Shown here piece after piece: positions 1-6,672 of a stretch of DNA of 52,655 nucleotides. Numbering within the stretch: the stretch's first letter is position 1; every line of letters starts with the position of its first letter. Both the position numbers and the translations under genes were made by a program. The DNA comes from Sphingomonadales bacterium 63-6 (lineage in GTDB: Bacteria > Pseudomonadota > Alphaproteobacteria > Sphingomonadales > Sphingomonadaceae): positions 1-52,655 of the forward strand of contig MKUB01000160.1 in assembly GCA_001898545.1 (NCBI GenBank). The letters are read 5' to 3'. The notes beneath the pieces were generated by a model. The model was not told where the DNA came from and ran no database searches. It was given only the letters and a program-made list of their open reading frames with translations.

Positions 1-67
1 CATTCCCGCGAAAGCGGGAACCCAGTTCAACGCTTGCAGCTAGGTTCCCGCGTTTGCGGGAATGACG
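1..67. repeat. REP-like palindromic element, family A (two inverted ATTCCC-N8-GGGAA units), cut by window edge
   Basis: CATTCCCGCGAAAGCGGGAACC...GGTTCCCGCGTTTGCGGGAATGACG; near-identical reverse complement of 32711-32780. Confidence 0.9.
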
Positions 68-170
68 AGAGGGGGCAGGCCAAGCGCTACATCTTCGCGC
101 GCTTTACGCTCTTTGCGCGAACCGGAAAATCTCTGCGCCTCAGCGCCTCTGCGAGCGCAAAACCCTCCCG

Positions 171-581
171 CTAAATCCCCGAAGCATCCAGCAGCAGCAG
201 GCAGGGCTGCATAATCGCCGCCATGGTCTTCTGCCGATTGCCGCTGGCACCGCCATCGGCCTGCAGATGCTCGACCTCCGCCTTGTAGAGCGCCAGCACC
301 TGTTCGCGGTTGAGCTTCAGCTCATCCATCAGCCGGGCGCTGGACTGGACGAAGAATTCCTTGCCGCGCTGTGCCAGCGGGGGGAAGGCCAAGGCGCTCT
401 GCACACCGCGCGCCTGTTCGCCCGCGGTGATCGCAAAGGCGGCGGAGCAGCGCAGCATGGTCTTCTGTTCAAGGTCCAACTGCGGTTGCCCTATGGGCGC
501 GCCGCCTGTCTGGGGGCCCGCCTGGGCAAGCGCGGGAGCGGCGAATAGCGCAAGCGCGCCGGCAAGGAGAATGCGGTTCAT
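171..581 (-). CDS. Small exported hypothetical protein (two Cys)
   Basis: MNRILLAGALALFAAPALA is a Sec signal peptide; alternative GTG start at 617 overlaps the SDR stop. Confidence 0.7.
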   Translation of the reverse strand: MNRILLAGALALFAAPALAQAGPQTGGAPIGQPQLDLEQKTMLRCSAAFAITAGEQARGVQSALAFPPLAQRGKEFFVQSSARLMDELKLNREQVLALYKAEVEHLQADGGASGNRQKTMAAIMQPCLLLLDASGI

Positions 582-613
582 TCCCGCGCGCCTGCCATGG
601 CGGGCCTTAACGC

Positions 614-1531
614 TCACTGCACCGCATCGGCGGCGCGGCGGGTCTGCTCGAAACTGTCGCGGCGGATCTTCTCGAAGGCGACGCGCTGTTCGAAACCGGC
701 ATCCTGCGGATAGTCCCGGTAATCGGCCAGGATTTCATCGAACAATTCCTCCAGCTCTTCCTTGTGATCGGGATGAGTGAAGATATTCGCCCGGTTCTCC
801 CGCACGCCGTCCAGAATACGGGCACCTATGATGTCCGGCTCCATGCCGAATTCGTGCAGGCCCTCCAGCCGTTTCACAGCTTCGGAATCGACCGGCTTCA
901 TCGCGCCCTTGAGCGTATCGGGACGCACATCGTCGCTGGCGTAGATGTAGCTTTTCACCAAGCCGGGATGCACCACGGAAACGCCGATGCCATATTTGTA
1001 CATCGAATGGCGCAGCGAATAGGACAGGCCGCGCACCGCGAATTTGGCTGTGTTGTAGATGCCCGGCGCACCGCCCGCGATGAAGCTGGCCATGCTGGCG
1101 GTGTTGACGATGTGGCCGCCCTTCACTTCACCCGAAAGAGCGCGCTCCTTCATGCGTGGGGCAAAGGTCATAACTCCGTTCACCACCCCGTGAAGATCGA
1201 CGCCCAGCACCCAGTCCCAATCGTCATAGGAACTGTCCTCGATCGTCTGGAACAGATTGATGCCGGCATTGTTGAACAGCAGGCTGACCGGGCCGAATTC
1301 AGCCTCCACCCGGTCCGCCGCATCGCGGAAACCGTCGCGGCTGGAAACATCCAGCTGCACGCCCATCACCTCGCGATTGTCCAGCGTGGCCAGCGCCTTG
1401 TCGATGGCGTCCTGGCGAATATCGGCGATGGCGACCTTGCATCCTTCGTTCAGAAGATTGCGCACGATGCCGATACCCACGCCATTGGCGCCGCCGGTGA
1501 CGAAGGCGGTGCGACCCGCGAAATCCTTCAT
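614..1531 (-). CDS. SDR-family Calpha-dehydrogenase, LigN-like (LigD/L/N/O group of lignin aryl-alcohol dehydrogenases)
   Basis: MKDFAGRTAFVTGGANGVG, NNAG, ASMA, YNTAK; long C-terminal lid; closely resembles the recalled N. aromaticivorans LigN-type SDR; start trimmed to the ATG after the upstream stop. Confidence 0.85.
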   Translation of the reverse strand: MKDFAGRTAFVTGGANGVGIGIVRNLLNEGCKVAIADIRQDAIDKALATLDNREVMGVQLDVSSRDGFRDAADRVEAEFGPVSLLFNNAGINLFQTIEDSSYDDWDWVLGVDLHGVVNGVMTFAPRMKERALSGEVKGGHIVNTASMASFIAGGAPGIYNTAKFAVRGLSYSLRHSMYKYGIGVSVVHPGLVKSYIYASDDVRPDTLKGAMKPVDSEAVKRLEGLHEFGMEPDIIGARILDGVRENRANIFTHPDHKEELEELFDEILADYRDYPQDAGFEQRVAFEKIRRDSFEQTRRAADAVQ

Positions 1532-1535
1532 CCTG

Positions 1536-2051
1536 TCAGTTCCTTTTCGCCGCAGCCTGCGCCGCCGCATCATAATGCCGGACCGGGTTTTCGGCGGGAG
1601 TCTCCCGCCCCGGAATGAGTTCGTTATAAATCTTGCGCCGCCTGAACAGCCACTGACCGTTCACGCGGACAAGCTCGTCCTCATAAGTGCCGAAGCTCTG
1701 GATCTCGGGTGTGCGGCCGGGGCCGCCGTCGGTCATTTCCCACCAGAAGGCTGTGGTCCACGCCTCGTCTCCTTCCACCCGGATTACGATGTGGTCGAGC
1801 ACATGGCGCAGCAAGGCAGGGCTGCCATCCTCGCGCTTGAACAGATCGCCCACCGCGTCGCGGAACTTTTCCGCGCCACGGCGGATCTCTTCCCGCCCGG
1901 TCAGCGTGGCCATGGCATAATCCAGCACGCCATCCTCGGTGAAGCAGGCGGCATAGGCTTCGGTATCGTGCCAATCCATCGCGAAGAGATAGCGGCCCAT
2001 CAAATCCTTGATCTCGGCCCGGTCGCGGGCAAGCTGTGCCGGATCGCTCAT
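1536..2051 (-). CDS. SnoaL/NTF2-like protein (BaiE/LinA-like), paralog A
   Basis: DRAEIKDLMGRYLFAMD, FTEDG, LRH, GTYEDELVR..WLFRRR. Confidence 0.85.
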   Translation of the reverse strand: MSDPAQLARDRAEIKDLMGRYLFAMDWHDTEAYAACFTEDGVLDYAMATLTGREEIRRGAEKFRDAVGDLFKREDGSPALLRHVLDHIVIRVEGDEAWTTAFWWEMTDGGPGRTPEIQSFGTYEDELVRVNGQWLFRRRKIYNELIPGRETPAENPVRHYDAAAQAAAKRN

Positions 2052-2566
2052 GCCCGCGCCCTTTGTGCCCGCTCGTCCAGCAGGCGCACCGGATTAACCT
2101 CGCCCGTGCCCCGCCCTTCGAGAAATTCGTTGAGGATGCGGCGTTTGCTGAACAGCCAGCGGCCATCCTGCTTCACCAGTTCATCCTCATAAGTGCCGAA
2201 AGTGCCTGGCTTGGGCTTTCCGCCCGGCCCGTCATTCGCCATTTCCCACCAGAAGGCGACGGCGAAGGCACGGTCACCCTCGATCCGGATCACCGTCTGC
2301 GAAATGATGTGGCGCAGGATGGCCGGATTGCCGTCCGCATCCTTGTAGAACTGGCCGATCGATTGCTTGAAGGCGCGCACGCTTTCGCTGATGGCCTGCC
2401 GCCCCTTGGCGGTGCCGCGCACGAATTCCAGCTCGCCATCCTCGGTGAACATGTCGAGATAGGCTTCGTAATCGCCCCAATCCATGGCGAAGAGATAGCG
2501 GGCCATCAGGTCTTCGATCGCCGCGCGGTCCTCTGCGTAACCCGCCTGCATCACTGCGCCGCTCAT
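2048..2566 (-). CDS. SnoaL/NTF2-like protein (BaiE/LinA-like), paralog B
   Basis: DRAAIEDLMARYLFAMD, FTEDG, LRH, GTYEDELVK..WLFSKR; ATGA overlap with paralog A; start uncertain (2566 or 2551). Confidence 0.85.
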   Translation of the reverse strand: MSGAVMQAGYAEDRAAIEDLMARYLFAMDWGDYEAYLDMFTEDGELEFVRGTAKGRQAISESVRAFKQSIGQFYKDADGNPAILRHIISQTVIRIEGDRAFAVAFWWEMANDGPGGKPKPGTFGTYEDELVKQDGRWLFSKRRILNEFLEGRGTGEVNPVRLLDERAQRARA

Positions 2567-2610
2567 AGCTGCGACACTCGCTGAGAATCCTTGCCTGCAG
2601 TGGCTTGCAT
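2563..2610 (-). CDS. Putative 15-aa leader ORF MQATAGKDSQRVSQL
   Basis: GGGAGA-N7-ATG Shine-Dalgarno; its TGA overlaps the ATG at 2566 (ATGA). Confidence 0.4.
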   Translation of the reverse strand: MQATAGKDSQRVSQL

Positions 2611-2679
2611 GATGCACTCTCCCTATGGTTACCGGGGGCTTCCTGGCCTCACGGACAATGTCAATTTTCGCTTCGTCTT

Positions 2680-2700
2680 TTTGTATTCACCACTTACAAA
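2680..2700. promoter_or_regulatory. Candidate operator 1, TTTGTATTCACCACTTACAAA, in the divergent promoter region
   Basis: 6-bp inverted arms; 2692-2703 is the reverse complement of CAATTTGTAAGT at 4263-4274. Confidence 0.6.
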
Positions 2701-2760
2701 TTGGCCAAGCACATTCCGCGAGTCTCCACCAAGAGAGACATCGAAGGAGGGGAACAGGCA

Positions 2761-4167
2761 ATGGCGATTGCGCCGAATGCACAGGAATTGACTGCGGAAG
2801 CTCAGGCCGGCAGCACTTCAAGCCAGCCCTGGCCTTCGGAAAAAGCGGGATATTTCGCGCTTTTCGCCATTATTTTCACCACCTTCGTCACTTTCCTGGA
2901 TCAGACCGCCTTTGGCCTGCTGGCCGAAAAGATGAAGGTCAGCTTCGGCATTACCGACTTCACGCTCGGCCTGTTGCTCGGCCCGGTGACGGTGGTGGCC
3001 TATGTCGTCGTGGGCATTCCGCTGGCACGGCTGGTGGACATCTATCCGCGCAAATACGTGCTTTCAGCCGGCATCGCCGCGCTGGGCGGGATCATGGCGC
3101 TGGGCGGACTGGCGCAAAGCCTGTGGCAGCTGATCTTCACGCGCCTGTTCGTGGGCGCCAGTTCATCGGCCAACGGGCCCGGTTCCTATTCCATGCTGGC
3201 GGATTATTTCCGCCCCTTGCGCATTCCGCTGGTCTTCGCGCTGCTGCAGCTGGGCTTCATTCTGGGCCAGTCGCTGGGCAATATACTGGGCGGGCGCCTG
3301 ATCGCCTGGACCGAATCCTTCGGCGAAACCGTGAGCTTCCTGGGCATCACCATTTTCAGCTGGCAGATCGTGCTGCTGATGGTGGGCGCGCCGGGGCTGA
3401 TCGCCGCCGTGCTGTTCCTGCTGGTCAAGGAACCGCCGCGCCGCAGCCCGCCCGAAGCGCGCAAACTGGTTGATCCGGGCGCCTCTTTCGGGCGCAAGTT
3501 CATGGCCTTCATGGGGCTGGATGCCGCCATTGCCATCTGGCAGCGCAAAGCGGTGTTCCTGCCTTTGTTCCTGGCGCTGGCCATGTCCGCCATTGAAAGC
3601 CAGGGCCTGCCGCAGTTCCGCACCCCCTTCATGGTGCGCACCTATGGCTGGGACGAGGCGCAGATCGGCGGCGTGCTGGGCACGATGCTGCTGGTGGCGA
3701 TGCTGGCCGGTATCTTCGTGGGGGGCCTGTTCGTCTCGTGGATGGGCAAGCGCTACAAGGATGCGAATATCCGTGCGACGGCGATCATCTTCGGCTGCAC
3801 CACGGTGGTCACCATCGCCATGCCGCTGATGCCCACCGGGGAAGGCGCGCTGATCTGCATGGCGCTGGCTTCGTTCTTCGGGCTGGCGGGTGCCCCGGCG
3901 CAGAATGCGGCGATCCAGCGGATCGTGCCGAATGAAATGCGCGGCCAGGTGACGGCGCTCTATCTGTTCATGTTCACTTTCTTCGGCGCCATGGGCCCGA
4001 TGGTGATCGGCGGCGTCAGCACCTTCATCGTGGGGGACGAGCAGCAGATCTGGGAAGCCATCCTGATCACCGCCTGCCTGTTCCTGCCGCTGGCGACCTT
4101 CTTGATGTGGCGCGGCATCCGCCCATATCGGGAAGAAGTGGCGCGGCTGGAGGCTGAGGGCAAGTAA
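2761..4167 (+). CDS. MFS transporter (spinster-like), probable aromatic uptake
   Basis: About 12 hydrophobic segments, ARLVDIYPRK MFS motif A variant, GGAGGG SD before ATG 2761. Confidence 0.9.
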   Translation: MAIAPNAQELTAEAQAGSTSSQPWPSEKAGYFALFAIIFTTFVTFLDQTAFGLLAEKMKVSFGITDFTLGLLLGPVTVVAYVVVGIPLARLVDIYPRKYVLSAGIAALGGIMALGGLAQSLWQLIFTRLFVGASSSANGPGSYSMLADYFRPLRIPLVFALLQLGFILGQSLGNILGGRLIAWTESFGETVSFLGITIFSWQIVLLMVGAPGLIAAVLFLLVKEPPRRSPPEARKLVDPGASFGRKFMAFMGLDAAIAIWQRKAVFLPLFLALAMSAIESQGLPQFRTPFMVRTYGWDEAQIGGVLGTMLLVAMLAGIFVGGLFVSWMGKRYKDANIRATAIIFGCTTVVTIAMPLMPTGEGALICMALASFFGLAGAPAQNAAIQRIVPNEMRGQVTALYLFMFTFFGAMGPMVIGGVSTFIVGDEQQIWEAILITACLFLPLATFLMWRGIRPYREEVARLEAEGK

Positions 4168-4171
4168 GCCG

Positions 4172-4199
4172 CCATACGGAACACACCATACGGAACACA
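4172..4199. repeat. Perfect 14-bp tandem duplication (CCATACGGAACACA x2)
   Basis: Read directly, just after the MFS stop. Confidence 0.9.
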
Positions 4200-4235
4200 G
4201 GGCAACAGGACGGGGGCAGAACGTCCGCTGCAGCT

Positions 4236-4257
4236 TGGCGTTGACAGGTCAACGCCA
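4236..4257. promoter_or_regulatory. Perfect 10-bp inverted repeat TGGCGTTGAC-AG-GTCAACGCCA overlapping a TTGACA -35 candidate
   Basis: Direct reading; 45 bp upstream of the lyase ATG. Confidence 0.55.
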
Positions 4258-4265
4258 CTGCGCAA

Positions 4266-4286
4266 TTTGTAAGTAAAGCTTACTAT
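4266..4286. promoter_or_regulatory. Candidate operator 2, TTTGTAAGTAAAGCTTACTAT (GTAAG-N5-CTTAC)
   Basis: Same architecture as 2680-2700; lies just upstream of the SD of the lyase gene. Confidence 0.6.
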
Positions 4287-4302
4287 TTCGGGAGAGTACC
4301 TC

Positions 4303-5067
4303 ATGTCCGATGACCGGGTTGCCGCGCTTGAAGCGAAGCTGGCAGAACTCGAACAGCGCCTGACCGTCCGCGAGGACGAGCTGGACGTGAAGAAGCTGCA
4401 ATATCTCTATGGCTATCTGATCGACAAATGCATGTACGATCAGGTGATCGACCTCTTCGCCGACGATGGCGAAGTGCGGTTCTTCGGCGGCGTGTACAAG
4501 GGCAAGGCCGGTGTGGCCCGCCTCTATATCGACCGTTTCCGCAAGCGCTTCACCCACAATAACAACGGCCCGGTGGACGGCTTCCTGCTGGACCATCCGC
4601 AAATCCAGACGATCATCGACATCGATGCCGACGGCAAGACCGCTCGCCTGCGCGGCCGCAGCACGATGCAGGCCGGACGCCACAAGGATTATGCCGACCC
4701 TGAAAAGGGCCTGGGCGTGCGCCAGTGGTGGGAAGGCGGCCTCTATGAGAACACCTATACCAAGGGTGCCGACGGCAAGTGGCGCATTCAGGTGCTGAAC
4801 TACTTCCCGCACTGGCACGCCGATTTCGACAAGGGCTGGGCCTATACCGATGCGGAATATGTCCCCTTCCCCAAGACGCTCTATCCCGAAGACCCGGCGG
4901 GGCCGGACGAGCTGATCGAGGATCACTGGCTGTGGCCCACCCACAAGCTGCTGCCGTTCCACATGAAGCACCCGATCACGGGCGAGGAAATGGTTGCCAG
5001 CCGCTGGGAAGGCGATGCCAAGCGCGATGCGGAACGCGCCGCCAAGAAGGCCGAAGCCGCCAATTGA
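4303..5067 (+). CDS. NTF2-like gamma-formaldehyde lyase, PcfL/LdpA(LsdE) family
   Basis: N-terminal coiled coil, YGYLIDK, GPVDGFLLDHPQ (His98), WWEGGLYENTY, PFHMKHPITG; synteny with an ALDH and ligW as in the recalled N. aromaticivorans beta-5 locus. Confidence 0.75.
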   Translation: MSDDRVAALEAKLAELEQRLTVREDELDVKKLQYLYGYLIDKCMYDQVIDLFADDGEVRFFGGVYKGKAGVARLYIDRFRKRFTHNNNGPVDGFLLDHPQIQTIIDIDADGKTARLRGRSTMQAGRHKDYADPEKGLGVRQWWEGGLYENTYTKGADGKWRIQVLNYFPHWHADFDKGWAYTDAEYVPFPKTLYPEDPAGPDELIEDHWLWPTHKLLPFHMKHPITGEEMVASRWEGDAKRDAERAAKKAEAAN

Positions 5068-5072
5068 TTTTC

Positions 5073-5113
5073 TGCGAAAGGGGCAGCCTTTGCAGGTTGC
5101 CCCTTTCGCATTT
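5073..5113 (+). terminator. Rho-independent terminator-like hairpin
   Basis: TGCGAAAGGGGCAGCCT-TTGC-AGGTTGCCCCTTTCGCA followed by a short T run. Confidence 0.7.
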
Positions 5114-5209
5114 GTCCCAGCCCGCTGGTGCGCGCTTTTTCGCTTGCAAGTCAGGCGCAATGGATCAACCGCGCAGCCATATCCTTCCGGGCGCATGGAG
5201 TTGCTTGAA

Positions 5210-6640
5210 ATGAGTGCTTATCCCTCCCTCCATATGGTCATCGACGGCGAGAAGGTTTCCGGCGGCGCGCGCCGCACCTTCCCCGTGGTCAATCCCGTAA
5301 CCGGCGAAACGCTGGGCGAATTGCCGCTGGCCGATCCCGCCGATCTTGACCGCGCGCTGGAAACGGCCGAGCGCGGCTTCCAGATCTGGCGCAAGGCCTC
5401 TGCCGCGCAGCGCGCCGCCGTGCTGAACGGTGCGGCTCGCCTGATGGCCGAACGGCAGGAGGAAATCGCCCGCATCGCCACGATGGAACAGGGCAAGCCG
5501 CTGGCCGAAAGCCGCATCGAAGTGATGATGAATGTCGGCCTGTTCCATTTCTATGCCGGCGAATGCCAGCGCATTTATGGACGCGAACTCGTCCGCCCGG
5601 ACGGTTTCCGCTCGGTCGTGCGGCACGAGCCGGTCGGCCCCGTGGCCGCCTTTGCGCCGTGGAACTTCCCCATCGGCAATCCGGGCCGCAAGCTGGGCGC
5701 GCCTATCGCGGCGGGCTGTTCGGTCATCATGAAGTCGGCCGAGGAAACCCCGGCTTCCGCCCTCGCCGTGCTGCAGTGCCTCTACGATGCGGGCCTGCCC
5801 AAGGAAGTGGCGCAGGCCGTGTTCGGCGTGCCGGATGAAGTGAGCCGCCATCTGCTGGGCAGCCCCATCATCCGCAAGCTCAGCTTCACCGGCTCCACCG
5901 TGATCGGCAAGCACCTGCTGAAGCTCTCGGCTGAGAACATGCTGCGCACCACCATGGAACTGGGCGGCCACGGCCCGGTGCTGGTGTTCGGCGATTCCGA
6001 CATCGACAAGGTTCTGGAAACCGCCGTTGGCGGCAAATACCGCAATTGCGGCCAGGTCTGCGTTTCACCCACACGCTTCATCGTGGAAGAGAATGTGTTC
6101 GAGAAGTTCCGTGACGGCTTCATCGAACGCGCCAAGGCGATCAAGGTGGGTGACGGCCTTCAGGACGGCACGCAGATGGGCCCCATGGCCAATGCCCGCC
6201 GCCCCGAAGCGATGGACCGCCTGATCGGCCAGGCGAAGGACAAGGGCGCCAAGCTCGGCACCGGCGGCGAGCGGATCGGCAATCAGGGCTTCTTCTATAC
6301 GCCCTCCGTCCTCTCCGAAATCCCGCTGGATGCGGACATCATGAACGAGGAACCCTTCGGCCCCGTCGCCCTGATCAACCCGTTCCGGGGCGAGGAAGAG
6401 ATGATCGCGGAAGCGAACCGCCTGCCCTTCGGCCTTGCCGCCTATGCCTGGACGAGCGACGCCAAGCGCCAGCAGCGCCTTGCCCGCGAGATCGAATCCG
6501 GCATGATCGGCATCAACAGCCATATGATCGGCGGTGCGGACGCGCCGTTCGGCGGCGTGAAGTGGTCGGGCCACGGCAGCGAAGACGGCCCCGAGGGCGT
6601 GCTGGCCTGCATGGTAGTGAAGGCAGTGCACGAAGGATAA
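5210..6640 (+). CDS. NAD-dependent aldehyde dehydrogenase (SSADH/KGSADH-like; FerD-like by context)
   Basis: PWNFP, SFTGS, MELGGH, catalytic Cys in NCGQVC, EEPFGP, PFGGVK. Confidence 0.9.
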   Translation: MSAYPSLHMVIDGEKVSGGARRTFPVVNPVTGETLGELPLADPADLDRALETAERGFQIWRKASAAQRAAVLNGAARLMAERQEEIARIATMEQGKPLAESRIEVMMNVGLFHFYAGECQRIYGRELVRPDGFRSVVRHEPVGPVAAFAPWNFPIGNPGRKLGAPIAAGCSVIMKSAEETPASALAVLQCLYDAGLPKEVAQAVFGVPDEVSRHLLGSPIIRKLSFTGSTVIGKHLLKLSAENMLRTTMELGGHGPVLVFGDSDIDKVLETAVGGKYRNCGQVCVSPTRFIVEENVFEKFRDGFIERAKAIKVGDGLQDGTQMGPMANARRPEAMDRLIGQAKDKGAKLGTGGERIGNQGFFYTPSVLSEIPLDADIMNEEPFGPVALINPFRGEEEMIAEANRLPFGLAAYAWTSDAKRQQRLAREIESGMIGINSHMIGGADAPFGGVKWSGHGSEDGPEGVLACMVVKAVHEG

Positions 6641-6672
6641 GCGCACGCCCACAGCAAGGGAGAGGACGGAAC

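Noticed and set aside
4241-4252. FNR/FixK box
   Set aside because: TTGAC-N2-GTCAA does not fit the TTGAT-N4-ATCAA spacing
4994-5209. N-terminal extensions in the ORF track for the ALDH (also msrA, folD, the MFS at 2605 and the oxidase at 6562)
   Set aside because: They run through terminators or neighbouring genes; downstream ATGs fit family lengths and, in several cases, a clear SD
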